The position numbers were made by a program, and so were the translations under genes. Shown in pieces: positions 13,218 through 26,330 of a stretch of 64,000 nucleotides of DNA (the first letter of the stretch is position 1; each line of letters begins with the position of its first letter). The stretch covers positions 15,438,001 to 15,502,000 of the forward strand of contig OX597843.1 of assembly GCA_951406725.2 (NCBI GenBank). Direction: 5' to 3'. Below the pieces are notes generated by a model. It searched no databases and had not been told where the DNA came from. It worked only from the letters and a program-made list of their open reading frames with translations. Origin of the DNA: Octopus vulgaris. Lineage: Eukaryota.

Positions 13218-14125
13218 TGGGATGCTGCAAATATTCTGCTCAATGCCACAGATTTGCTTGTCAGTTGTTTGACCTTAACCAGTTGACCATGTCCCTTAGT
13301 GACTGAAGATATGTGCATCTCTGATCATGAGTAGAAGTAGTGGGGGAGCATCATAGCCGTGTGTTGGGAGGAATTCTTTGGGGTTTGAATAATTTACCTC
13401 TGGTAACATGGGTGTTTCATTCAACATCCTTAAACAACCCTTATTCAGGGACCTTTTGAGTGGGATGGGTTACCCGATCAGAGGAAAGTTCTAACTGGGC
13501 CCCACCTGCAAGGTCATGTGCTATTTATCTTGATATGAAATCATGTCGTGCACATATGGTTGTGATGCATGTACCTGGTACACCCTTATCAGATGGGTAG
13601 TCATGATGGGTATACTGGGCTTTGTATATTTTACCCCAGTGTCACTTTGATACCAGGCAGTGGCTCTCATGTCTTCTGATCTTAACTGATTGGAAGTGTT
13701 ATCATGTACATTGTTTTGTCTTGGTATAAAAGATGGGCTATAGCAAATATTCTGCTCAATACCACAGATTTGCTTGTCAGTTGTTTGACCTTAACCAGTT
13801 GAGCATGTCCCTTAGTGGCTGACGATATGTGCATCTCTGATCATGAGCAGAAGTAGTGGGGGAGCATCATATCCATGTGTTGAGAGGGATTCTTTGGGGT
13901 TTGAATAATTCACCTTTGGAAACATGGGTGGTTTGTTCAACATCCTTCAACAATCCTTATTCAGAGACCCTTTGAGTGGGATGGGCTACCCGACCAGAAG
14001 AAAATTATAAGTGGGCCCCAGCTGCAAGGTCATGTGCTGTTTATCTTGATATGAGACCACCATGTCACACACATATGGTTGTGATGCATGTGCCTAGTGT
14101 ACCCTTATCAGACAGGTAGTCATGA
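13218..14125. repeat. Tandem partial dimer (~515-bp period) of an unclassified dispersed repeat
   Basis: gcaaatattctgctcaat...acccttatcaga is repeated from about 13227 and about 13743. Confidence 0.75.
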
Positions 14126-14474
14126 AGAAATCCATGCAAATTCTGTGTGGAACAAAAAAATTATTCTGGTTAGAAGAAAAAACTGAAAAAGAATTGACGA
14201 TGCATTTAAAGTGAGTCATGTCAGAAGATTTCAGATGTAAGCAGATACCATCTGTTGAAATCGAAAACAAACCAGTTGCTAAGAAAGTTAAAATGGACAG
14301 AGAAAATGCAAGCCATTTTGTGATTGAGGATATTGAACAAATCCTCCAAGAAAAGACTCCAGATGAAATGTCGATGGAAGTGACTTGGCAGAATCTGAAC
14401 TCAGAACATAGCTACAAACGAAATACCAGTAAGCATTTCATCAAGCATCCTGACAATTCTGCCAGCTCACTGCC

Positions 14475-14476
<2 letters not shown>

Positions 14477-14551
<75 letters not shown>

Positions 14552-14552
14552 G

Positions 14553-14583
<31 letters not shown>

Positions 14584-14754
14584 TGATGGTGGTGATGATG
14601 ATGATGGTGTGGTGGTGGTGGTGGTGGTGGTGGTGGTGGTGGTGGTGATGATGATGATGATGATGATGATGTGGTGGTGGTGGTGGTGGTGGTGGTGGTG
14701 GTGGTGGTGGTGGTGATGATGATGATGATGATGGTGTGGTGGTGGTGGTGGTGG

Positions 14755-14806
<52 letters not shown>

Positions 14807-14877
14807 GGTGGTGGTGGTGGTGGTGGTGATGATGATGATGATGATGATGATGGTAGTGGTGGTGGTGGTGGTGGTGA

Positions 14878-14911
<34 letters not shown>

Positions 14912-14985
14912 GGTGGTGGTGATGATGATGATGGTGGTGGTGGTGGTGATGGTGGTGGTGGTGATGATGATGATGATGATGATGA
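14477..14985. repeat. (TAA)n/(TGG)n/(TGA)n compound trinucleotide microsatellite
   Basis: Seen directly. Confidence 0.95.
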
Positions 14986-15211
14986 TTTCAAATTTTGCCA
15001 CAAGGGCGGCAGTTGTGGGGGAGGAGATGAGTTGATTACATTGATCTCAACGGTACTTATTTTATCGACCTGAAAAGGACAAAAGGCTCAGTCGATCTCG
15101 GCAAAATTTGAACTCAGAACAGAGTAACAGGTGAAACACCACTAAGCATTTTATCCAGCGTGCTAACAATTCTGCCATCTTACTGCCTTAATGATGATGA
15201 TGATGATAATG

Positions 15212-15264
<53 letters not shown>

Positions 15265-15269
15265 CCATC

Positions 15270-15585
15270 AATGACTAATGTTTTCTGGCTTAAAATTAGA
15301 AACAGAAGGGTTTATCATAGCAGCCTAAGATCAATGCCTACCTACAAGGAACTACCAGGCCAACATATCAAAGAACGGCAGTAGCCCAACATGTCGTGTA
15401 TGTCAACGACAAAATGAAACCATTGATCATGTTGTCTCCAAATGCAGTCTTCTTGCACCTACAGAGTATCTCAACAGATACGATAGAGCTGCACAATATA
15501 TTCACTGGGTAATTTCCAAAAACCTGGATTTGCCCCATGAAAAAAACTAGTGGGAACACAAACCAACTCCAGTGCTTGAAAATGT
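15270..15585 (+). mobile_element. R4/Dong-clade non-LTR retrotransposon fragment (CCHC / pre-RLE region) adjoining (TAA)n
   Basis: Reads LKLETEGFIIAA*DQCLPTRNY...CRVCQRQNETIDHVVSKCSLLAPTEYLNR...AAQYIHW. Confidence 0.8.
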
Positions 15586-15937
15586 AAATTCAGGGCTCTG
15601 TGCCACCTCATATACACATCTGCGGGGGACGTGTGTCTCCTTGTCTTGATATTGTGTGATTGCTGTAAATGAATGCCATTCACTTCCAACCTTTTGCAAA
15701 CACAGGTCTGGCCACTGGGGTAGTATATTACCTGACTTGAAAATAGGTGAGGGTTGGGGACAGGTGAAGCGTCCAGCCAAAGAAAATCTGTTTCAACACT
15801 GTCTGACCTATGCAATCATGTAAAGTTGATGTCAGAATGAGGATGATGATGGTGATGATTATAATATATGTGTGTGGATGTGGATGTGTGTATATATATA
15901 CATATATGTATAAGTGTGTATGTATGTATACATATAT

Positions 15938-16322
15938 AGGAGTGGCTGTGTGGTAAGTAGCTTGCTAACCAACCACATGGTTCCGGGTTCAGTCCCACTG
16001 CATGGCACCTTGGGCAAGTGTCTTCTGCTATAGCCCTGGGCCGACCAATGCCTTGTGAGTGGATTTGGTAGACGGAAACTGAAAGAAGCCTGTCGTATAT
16101 ATGTATATATATGTATGTGTGTGTATATGTCTGTGTTTGTCCCCCTAGCATTGCTTGACAACTGATGCTGGTGTGTTTATGTCCCCGTCACTTAGTGGTT
16201 CGGCAAAAGAGACCGATAGAATAAGTACTGGGCTTACAAAGAATAAGTCCCGGGGTTGATCTGCTCGACTAAAGGCGGTGCTCCAGCATGGCCGCAGTCA
16301 AATGACTGAAACAAGTAAAAAA
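15938..16322 (+). mobile_element. Near full-length tRNA-derived SINE, family B
   Basis: Box A gtggctgtgtggtaag and box B gggttcagtccc; tail ...ccagcatggccgcagtcaaatgactgaaacaagtaaaa. Related copies at 17683-18070, 27240-27510, 45760-45950 and 60460-60905. Confidence 0.85.
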
Positions 16323-16559
16323 AAATGAATATATATAAATATAAAAATGGAACAAAAGTGCGAAAGAGGACATCAGAACATTGGGACAGATGGACGACAC
16401 AAAGGCAGACAAGAAAAACAACAATTAGAAGGACAGGCAAAAAAGGACGGGTCATTCGTGGCCTTCTTTCCTCTGTCAAGCTCCAGAAGTCACGACCATT
16501 TCAGGCAGTTACCCTTGAGATGGTTTGATCTGGTTACCCCCAAACAAGTCTTGCAAACA

Positions 16560-17065
16560 ACTTGCACATGCAAGTGCTACCAGTTAAAAGCTCCGTATAC
16601 CGGAAGCTAGCAAGTGTATGGGTCATCAGGAGAGAATGCGCGCCGTTTCGGGGCCTACCTCTCGACGGCATCCAATGCGCACCAGCCCCCCTCACTGATA
16701 TGAGGCCCCGCTTGCTAGATCAGCTGGTTATGAAGTTAAACTCAATATCTTTCTAGCCATCACTCATCGTCTCTTTTTAACCAAATCCAGTGGCCTTCTC
16801 TACTGTAGATTGGATATCAGTCATGGTGGTATTGACTTTACGATGAGTTAGGCCTAACGATAACAACAGTCGTCTCACGCTGTACCCAACAAACCCTCTA
16901 CATCCGACTTCGATAGGAAAATGTTCTGCTTTCCAGCCTGCGTCTTCACATTCCTCGAGGAGGTTTTCATAACGGTTCAATTTTCGAGCCCGAGCGGCGT
17001 CCATATTATCTTCATGAGGAACCGTTAGCTCGACTATATTTACAACTTTCTTTCTTTCTTTCACA
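16560..17065 (-). mobile_element. RLE-type (HERO/NeSL-like) non-LTR retrotransposon 3' fragment
   Basis: IVELTVPHEDNMDAARARKLNRYENL...FPIEVGCRGF restriction-like endonuclease motif. Confidence 0.8.
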
Positions 17066-17278
17066 TTACATCAAAATATCTGTTTTTTTCGTAACTGGGA
17101 TGGGAAAGAAAACCTGGCACTGTGTACAATATTGATAATAAGGAGAATGAAGAATTCAAATTTTATGTTTATTTACAGTTGGTTTATTAAAAACACATAA
17201 AGTTTGGATGTTCAAATTCTTCATTCTCCTTGCTATGAATATTGTACTTTACACTCTTAAGTAGCCAAGAAATAAACT

Positions 17279-17378
17279 NNNNNNNNNNNNNNNNNNNNNN
17301 NNNNNNNNNNNNNNNNNNNNNNNNNNNNNNNNNNNNNNNNNNNNNNNNNNNNNNNNNNNNNNNNNNNNNNNNNNNNNN
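17279..17378. other. Assembly gap (100 N)
   Basis: Seen directly. Confidence 1.
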
Positions 17379-17420
17379 TCATAACAAAATATATAATGGC
17401 TGCGAAGTCTTTTCGCTTAC

Positions 17421-17529
17421 CTTACAACCTGCCATTGTTTGCATCCCGACAAGGAAGATAAAATTAGTGACAGCCAAAGAAGAGCACAGGCTTACTAAAA
17501 TCTTCGAACTCATTAAATCCCATGGATTT
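17421..17529 (-). CDS. aGPCR exon: ICL1-TM2-ECL1
   Basis: tttcag|(R)NPWDLMSSKILVSLCSSLAVTNFIFLVGMQTMAGCK|gtaagc; phase 2 to 0. Confidence 0.9.
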
Positions 17530-17838
17530 CTGAAATAATGAACAAAACCAATTAATATTTCATTTATTGAAACAAACTCTAAAACAATCACTCAATGCAT
17601 AAATAATAAAGTACGACTGTGTGTGTTGGTGGCTGGCTCAGTCAGAAAATAAAGGGTATCTTAAAATCAATAAATGTTTTATCTGTGGCTGTGTGGTAAG
17701 GAGTTTGCTTCTCAACCACATGGTTCCGGGTTCAGCCCCACTGCGTACGACCTTGGACAAATACCTTCTATTACAGCCTCGGCTCTATCAAAGCCTTTTG
17801 AGTGGATGCGGTAGGTGGGAACAGAAAGAAGGCGCTTT

Positions 17839-17870
<32 letters not shown>

Positions 17871-19199
17871 TATGTGTGTGCATGCGCTTTTGTGTGAATG
17901 CGTGCGTGTGTGTATGTGTGTTTGTGCCTACGTTTGACCCCACCACTGCTACACAACCAGTATTGGTGTATATAATCCCTTAACTTAAGGGTTCGAATAA
18001 TAGCTGTCGATAGAATAAGTACCGGATTTTTACATAAAAATCACTCCTGGGGTCAATGTGTTCAACTTAAATTCTTTAAGCTTAAACATGACCTGAGTTG
18101 GTCAATAGTAAGGCATGCGAGTCCATACGACACTCTGTCCAGCAAATTCCAACTATGTTCCGAAGAATCGTTGTCTTTACTGTTGACGAAGTATAGCATT
18201 ATTGATCGATTGTTTGAGAGATTGGCTAGATGCTTGCACACAAACGAACATACTATAGCAGGTTACGATAGAAACTGTACATATGGATTACAAATTAACT
18301 ACGGGGGAAAATAACAGCTTAATAATTCAAACCCATCCCCAAGTGTTCAAAATCCTGCAAGACAACTTTGGAACTACGGAATAACTCGACAAGCCAGCTA
18401 CATAACGAGAACAGTGATACTGAATTTACACTGTTCTGAACATACGCGCGTGTATACATCTATATTATATCATTATAGATATATGGTAAAGAATCATTAA
18501 TTTATTAATAATGTCTCCACAGATAGCAATACTCGTAACTCACATAAGCAAAAAAAAAACAGAAAAAAGTTCACCATGTGCGTCATAAGCAGCACTGCAG
18601 AAATCTGCAGTCTACTATCGGGGAGTGAATTACCATTATAGATATAGGGTAAAGAATTATTAATTTATTAATAAAATTAATAATTAATAATTTTACCAAG
18701 TAGTTCGGTATGGAAAAAAACCCATTATTGGTAAAAACTTATACAAAAATTTTTTTTTAATAATTATAAACATAATTAAGGGATCAGCAAAAGTTGCTTC
18801 ACCGCATACCGAAATTTAGAAATAGCAGTCAAAACTACTAATTCTTCTACTACAATATATCTCCACAGACAATTATACTCGTATCTGACATAGGCAAAAA
18901 GAAGAAAAAATAACGAAACTAACCAGCCTTAATTAATCGTGTACGCGTTTCAGGATTAGAATGGCGTAAAATTCATTTCCCTCTTCAGCATGATATGGCT
19001 TGGCGCCAGTGAATCACAACTTATTTCTACAGTTGAGTGAACTGGAGCAACATGAAATAAAGTGTCTTGCTCAAGAATACGACCCACAACCTCATGATCA
19101 TAAACTCGGCGCTCTAACATATGCCCCAATGATAACTGTATGGTGTGTAGTATTAACCCTGTGTATTATTAACAATAATAATAATAATATTAATAGTAA

Positions 19200-19216
19200 T
19201 GATAATAATACTAGTA

Positions 19217-19274
<58 letters not shown>

Positions 19275-20406
19275 TAATAATAATAATAATAATGGTTATG
19301 CTTCAAGAATTCTTCGCTGCGTTCTTGAAGAATGACCAGTAAACAAGTATCATCTAATTCTTATGGCTGTCGTCAACTGACACTTTCCATCATACCCAGC
19401 AAAATAAGCTGATTTTTCATATAATAATAATAATAGTAATTATAATGATAATAATAATAGTGATAATGATAATAATAATAATAATGATGATAATAATAAT
19501 AATAATAGTGATAATGATAATAATAATAGTGATAATGATAATAATAATAATAATGATGATAATAATAATAATAGTGATAATGATAATAATAATAATAATA
19601 GTGATAATGATAATAATAATAATAATGATGATAATAATAATAATAATAGTGATAATGATAATAATAATAGTGATAATGATAATAATAATAATAATGATGA
19701 TAATAATAATAATAATAGTGATAATGATAATAATAATAATAATGATGATAATAATAATAATAATAGTGATAATGATAATAATAATAATAATGATGATAAT
19801 AATAATAATAATGATGATAATAATAATAATAATAGTGATAATGATAATAATAATAGTGATAATGATAATAATAATAATAATAATGATAATAATAATAATA
19901 ATAGTGATAATGATAATAATAATAATAATGATGATAATAATAATAATAATAGTGATAATGATAATAATAATAGTGATAATGATAATAATAATAATAATGA
20001 TGATAATAATAATAATAATAATAGTGATAATGATAATAATAATAATAATGATGATAATAATAATAATAATAGTGATAATGATAATAATAATAATGATGAT
20101 AATAATAATAATAATGATGATAATAATAATAATAATAGTGATAATGATAATAATAATAATAATGATAATAATGATAATGATAATAATAATAATAATGATG
20201 ATAATAATAATAATAATAGTGATAATGATAATAATAATAATAATGATGATAATAATAATAATATAATAATGATAATAATAATAATAATATATATATAATA
20301 ATAATAATAATATTGATAATAATAATAATAATAGTGATAATATAATAATAATAATAATGATAATAATAATAATAATATGATAATGATAATAATAATAATA
20401 ATGATG

Positions 20407-20446
<40 letters not shown>

Positions 20447-20523
20447 TGATAATAATAATAATAGTAATACTACTACTAATATTAATAGTAATAGTAATAA
20501 TAATAATAATAATAATAATGATG

Positions 20524-20582
<59 letters not shown>

Positions 20583-20934
20583 AATAATAATAATGATGAT
20601 AATAATAATAATAATAGTGATAATGATAATAATAATAATAATGATGATAATAATAATAATAATAGTGATAATGATAATAATAATAATAATGATAATAATG
20701 ATAATGATAATAATAATAATAATGATGATAATAATAATAATGATGATAATAATAATAATAATAGTGATAATGATAATAATAATAGTGATAATGATAATAA
20801 TAATAATAATGATGATAATAATAATAATAATAGTGATAATGATAATAATAATAATAATGATGATAATAATAATAATAATAGTGATAATGATAATAATAAT
20901 AATAATGATAATAATGATAATGATAATAATAATA

Positions 20935-20984
<50 letters not shown>

Positions 20985-20990
20985 AATAGA
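19200..20990. repeat. ~1.8-kb (TAA/TGA/TAG) cryptic trinucleotide satellite with a short R4/Dong 3' remnant near 19295-19345
   Basis: Seen directly; recurring higher-order unit aataatagtgataatgat. agaattcttcgctgcgttcttgaa matches the R4 ORF end at 57240. Confidence 0.9.
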
Positions 20991-22360
20991 CCATTCATGA
21001 TAGTGTTTCAGAAGACTTAGATTTCTGCTTCTTAGATTTCTATTCAGATTTCTGTTTAGGTTTAGGAAATATTGGCCAGTTTTAAGCAACCGCAGACATT
21101 CTCGGAATCTCAACTTAGTTCCTCATTAGAGTACTTCTCACATCTATGGGAGAGTTTGCTGCTATACGCACACACACTCACACGTAAATACACACGTATG
21201 TACACAACAAAGGTACAGCACACACGCACACATACACATCACACAAGCAGATATTCTCTACCATAAACAAAAGTGGTTCGTCCAGCTGAATGACAAATAT
21301 TATTTCACAAAGACACTCTAACTTCCCCACGCATCCCCTCCAAAAATCCAAAGATCAACTTCTCTACTTTAATAAAGCAGCTTATTTATTAGCTGAGGAT
21401 ATGTAACTGTTACTAAAGAAAGCAATTTGAATGTTGACGTATGTATCAAAATGTCGTTCCTAGATTTATTTTATTGATGGAAATTTCTGCTTTTTTTCAC
21501 TGCGTCACGTTGCCGGATGGAGGTTTTTAAGGCCTTTTTTTAACTGCGGAAATATAAAAGATACCCAAATTATTTGCAAATCTACTTTCTACAGACATAT
21601 CAGCAACAGCATTTTTCCAAATTACAAGCTTAATCAGGCGTCAGCGAAACTATATCACTGACAATATCCTTTTATATTTGTTGAAGGAATTAAAAACCCG
21701 AATAGGAAAAATGATTGTAATTTACTTGATTTCACCAAATATACACTTGTCTTATTGTCTTTCAAATGAGTATTTCTCACGCCTTGCCTTCTTCATAACT
21801 TCCAAGAAAGTAGATATTTTTAAATAAAATTTTCTTCAAATAAATTTCAGGTGACGTAGATTGCGATTAACCTGGAAGTTATTTTGATTGATGTAGAATA
21901 CAATTATTTTAGAAAAATCATTTTAAGACCTATTCCACCTATCTCCATTTAGAATTTGTTAAATGCATACGTTTTCCATAAAAGGAAATTTTCAGAGATA
22001 CTGGCTTAATTCAAAATATAATGAAATTATCAGTTGTGAATTTGTTGAAACGGATATTTGTTATGCTACAGGCCTTAGAACAAGCCAACTTGATCTCTGG
22101 ATTCATGCTGTATCTAGCATACTAAATGACCACGTACATTGTGTTTTTGTCTAAAAGTGGGAGGTTAAGCGGTAATACCTGGTTTCTTCATAAAGTCTAA
22201 CACCGTATTGGTGAGAGCTTGGTATGATTCTGAATTTGGTTACTGAGTGGGATTAGACGACTAATCTGGGTAGGATTAGACGAATAAAAGATACAAAGGA
22301 ATATGCCAGAAAAATGACACAACTTTGGAATCAAATATGTGAAAATAATTTAACGACTGC

Positions 22361-22456
<96 letters not shown>

Positions 22457-22774
22457 AGACGGAGTCACTTCTGTCACTACTCTTTTCCTCTACTTTTTCT
22501 GAATTGCAAAGCTATAAATTAATTCTACTTAAACACACGAGATAGATTATTCCGCCCCCCACTCCTTTATCTCGTGTCATCATTACAGTGTGTCACTTAA
22601 ATATTCTTCTCTATAATATTTATCCAGTTACTCTTCATCAAAGTGACAATATTCTGGAATTCTTTCCTCGACCTGCATCGATCTGATCAGCCTGTGAAAA
22701 CCCCACGAACTGACAGATGTTGTTTCTCTGTATTTGAACAATTTATAAAAGAAAATAGAAATTGAAATACTTAC

Positions 22775-22896
22775 CTGAAACAAACATGAATTATTATTGT
22801 AAAAACAAGACAGACGAATGAAATTCCAAAGCCAGCGTTGGATACAATAGACAAGTAATTTGCATTTTCTTTCTCTCCTTCCTTTTGGTAGACATC
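22775..22896 (-). CDS. aGPCR exon: stalk plus TM1
   Basis: ttgtag|DVYQKEGEKENANYLSIVSNAGFGISFVCLVFTIIIHVCF(R)|gtaagt; phase 0 to 2. This frame is not in the ORF track. Confidence 0.92.
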
Positions 22897-23685
22897 CTAC
22901 AAGAGAAACCAAGAGTTTAGCCTCCTCCTACTCCACCTTCCTTATATGTCAGTTAACACTTATACAAGGAGGAGTTTGTGTATAATACTGGTGTAGAAAG
23001 TGGTGACCACTGTATGCTGCATTAATAATGTTCCAGGCGATGCTGACACCAATAGAAACAACATCAATGACCTGACTATTTAATCTCAGTCTTCGTGATG
23101 TCAGGTGATGGCAGAACTGGCATGGAGTGAATTAACATGTGCCTTTAGATCAGCTTTTCCTTTAGGCCGAAATAGTTACCATAGACAGCGGTACTGTTTT
23201 ATTGTTGTAAATAGCAGTGGTACTGTTTGACTGGCAGATATTTGGATACATGTGTATTACTGACATGAATGTTTCAAGTGAACAAATGTCATGCACGAGA
23301 GGAGAGATCTTCTAACAGAATCACGAAGAGACCAAATGTTTAACGTCTGCAAACCAAGCATGTCTCAACACAAATGAAGATTTTTTAATTCAAGAGGGAT
23401 GATTCCCCTTCACATCAACAGCGGAGGAATTTCTATACATTACATTGAGAATGGTAGTTTCGTACATCTAAACGGAACCATCCGGAGTATAAAGTATAAA
23501 CAACAGCAATGGCAAGAAGAACAAAAGTAACTTTTTAAAATATATCAACCTTATACATTTACCAAGATACTCTGCATCACAAAGTGCAGTGGATATGTTA
23601 TTATACAACTCCTTAAAATTAGTAAGGCATAGATATAACTGGCAAAAATTACAATTAATTGATAACTTGTCAAAATATTACCAAC

Positions 23686-23835
23686 CATTAGTACGGCAAA
23701 ACTTTTAAGACGGTCACAGGAACAAGTTACTTCTTTTCCAGGTATATAATTGGACACATTGCAGCCGTTTAGGGACCAATGGGGATCCAATCCCGAGCTT
23801 TCATCCCAGTAAACACATTGTGGTTTGTTAGCATT
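23686..23835 (-). CDS. aGPCR exon: GPS motif
   Basis: tttcag|NANKPQCVYWDESSGLDPHWSLNGCNVSNYIPGKEVTCSCDRLKSFAVLM|gttggt; C-x-Y-W...W...GC...CxC..L.SFAVLM. Confidence 0.95.
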
Positions 23836-24231
23836 CTGAAACAAATTAAAACCTGATAATTTAATCAAATTACTTGGTAATTAGAATATATGTAATTATA
23901 ATGTGACTCGTTAGACTTAGAAAACACCGAACAAACGATGGTTGTCAATGCTTGGTTGGTTTTGACATTGTGAAGTCCATATCAGATGCTGTGACCTAGT
24001 TTAACTGACCTTTTCATCTCGCTTATAAATCTGTCTTTTCTCATGATTTACACTGCACCGTCATAACAATGGATGAAAAATTCATTGAATGGAGTAGTTC
24101 ACGAAATATTTAATGAAGTATAAAACGACGTGGTGGTCAGGAATGGGATGTGTTTCACCATAGGTCGACTGGGTTACGGATGACATGAATATAAACAGCA
24201 AAAGCAGCAATAATAAACACACAGCTATTAC

Positions 24232-24360
24232 CTGGTTTATTAAATTGAAGGATATATTAATTGGTTCATCAAGGTTGCTTATTGAAATGTTCGGGATACT
24301 TGTAGCAAGTACATGGCTGTTAATTTTAGTATTTCCTTTGGCACTGGAGTTTTGTGTTAC
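24232..24360 (-). CDS. aGPCR exon: GAIN subdomain B
   Basis: tcacag|VTQNSSAKGNTKINSHVLATSIPNISISNLDEPINISFNLINQ|gtaata; phase 0 to 0. Confidence 0.92.
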
Positions 24361-24499
24361 CTGTGAAGAGAAGTTATTAAGTAAATTAATCTATTCAATG
24401 GAAAACATTATTAAAGCATGAAACGATCAAACGTTAGGATTGTTGTAATTAGACATCGTTACTTTAGCCAACAGCACAACTTCATAAAATATATACTGG

Positions 24500-25125
24500 T
24501 TTCAAAAGTTGGCACAAGGCCAGCAATTTTGTGTGTAAGCAAAGTCCATTACATCAACGCCCGTACTCAACTGGTACTCATTTTATTGACTCCAAAAGAA
24601 TGAAAGGCAGATTCGACATCGGGGAAATTTGAACTCTGAAAGTGAAGACAGATGAATGGTTGTGAGCATTTTACCCAGCATGCTAACGATTCTGCCAGAT
24701 GGAAGTCTGACAATAATATAATATATACTACAAAAGAGCGGTGAGCTGGCGGAACCGTTAGCAGGCCGGGCGGATTGCTTAGTAGTATTTCGTCTGCCGT
24801 TACGTTCTGAGATCAAATTCCGCCAAGTCGACTTTGCCTTTCATCCTTTCGGGGTCGATAAATTAAGTACCAGTTACGCACTGGGGTCGATATAATCGAC
24901 TTAATCCGTTTGTCTGTCCTCGTTTGTCCTCTCTGTGTTTTGCCCCTTGTGGGTAGTAAAGAAATAGGTATTTCGTCTGCCGCTCCGTTCTGAGTTCAAA
25001 TGCCGCCGAGGTCGACTTTGCCTTTCATCCTTTCGGGGTTGATAAATTAAGTACCAGTTGCGTACTGAGGTCGATTTAATCGACTGTCCCTCCCCCAAAA
25101 TATCGGGCATTCTGCCTAGAGTACA
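24500..25125. mobile_element. Two divergently oriented family A SINEs (- 24500-24700; + dimeric 24737-25125)
   Basis: gcggtgagctggcggaaccgttagc head plus a duplicated core on the + strand; reverse-complement copy upstream. Confidence 0.8.
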
Positions 25126-25834
25126 AAAAATATATACTACAAAAAATATCCCATCTCCATTGACAGTTGTACTTGTTCTAAGGAACATAAAAGTTTTTTG
25201 CATTGAATTTTTTTTACATAAGGGCTGCCGGTATTTAAGAAATCTCTTGGTAATCAACGAATCCTGCGTTCAGCCTCACTGCTCAGCACCTTGATTAAAT
25301 AGATTTCTAACACTGACGGTCGATAAATTGGTCTGTAATCCGCTTGTGATTAAAAAGGTGTATATATATATATAAGTGTGTGCACGCGAGTCCCGTGTGT
25401 GTATGTGTTTGTGTTTATGAGTTTGTATGTGTGTGTGCGAGTGTGTGTGCGTGTGTTTGCGTGTGTGTGAATGTGTGTGTCTTTGTGTCTGTCTGTAAGC
25501 GTGTAGTGTGGACGCATAGCCAAGCGGTCAGGGTGTTGTAACATGGAAATAAAAATACACTCAAGTTTTCAGTCTTTGCTTTCGTGCATGTGTGTGTGTG
25601 TGTGTATGTGTGTACGTGCGTGTATGTGTGTGCGTGTGTGTGTGTCATGACTCTTCATAGGCACAACAAAATTTGATTCAACACACGAATTCACATTAAA
25701 AATCTGGCAAACTAAATAAAGTCTATACATGTTCGGGCTGAATCTGATAATTTGCATAAAAAGAAAGACAACACGATGTCTTGTCCAAAAACAAAACTAT
25801 TCTTAAAAACTCAAAAAAATATCCACCAGTTTAT

Positions 25835-26330
25835 TGCTGGGAGGAAACTGTCTACTCAAACTAGCTCCCATCAACTTCTACCATGACCTCGAGACAACTC
25901 TGGAACCTAGCTCATGCGCTTCTCACAGGGTTAATGGAAATGTTTTTGAAAACCTCCTTGATCCTAGCCAGCAGCTTGCTGTTACAGGCAGACAGGTTGA
26001 TGTTTTTCACAAACAACCACTTCTGACTCTTTCCGGAGATATGGCAAGTGGCCATTTGCTGTTGTCACACATGACGCCTTTGAGCAGCAAACCTCGCCAG
26101 TCAGTAGCCGCCTGAATCCTGCCTAAGGTCCTGTTCAAAGATGCGGAGATGAATTTTCGGCGTTTGGACGCAGATAGATTGCATAGTGTATCCCTTCCTG
26201 CTGGTCACTTCCTTGTAGTATCCATTGCTGCTGTCCATGCCACAGCCTTTACAGTGTTCACAGAGCAATGAGCAGCAATCGTGATGTTGGCATTTTGATA
26301 CTAAGGGCTTTCTTCAGCTTCCGCCTACCA
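25835..26330 (-). mobile_element. Decayed Tc1/mariner-superfamily transposase C-terminal fragment
   Basis: Minus frame ...ACNSKLLARIKEVFKNISINPVRSA*ARFQSCLEVMVEVDGS resembles Tc1-like C-termini; multiple stops. Confidence 0.45.

Noticed and set aside
15938-16015. tRNA gene
   Set aside because: tRNA-derived SINE head continuing into the SINE body; no complete cloverleaf.
19373-21113. 541- and 557-aa ORFs
   Set aside because: Translations of TAA/TGA microsatellite; homopolymeric, with no coding signal.
22628-22912. 94-aa ORF MVSLVGCLPK...
   Set aside because: Wrong frame; the real exon (22775-22896) reads DVYQKE...TM1 in another frame.
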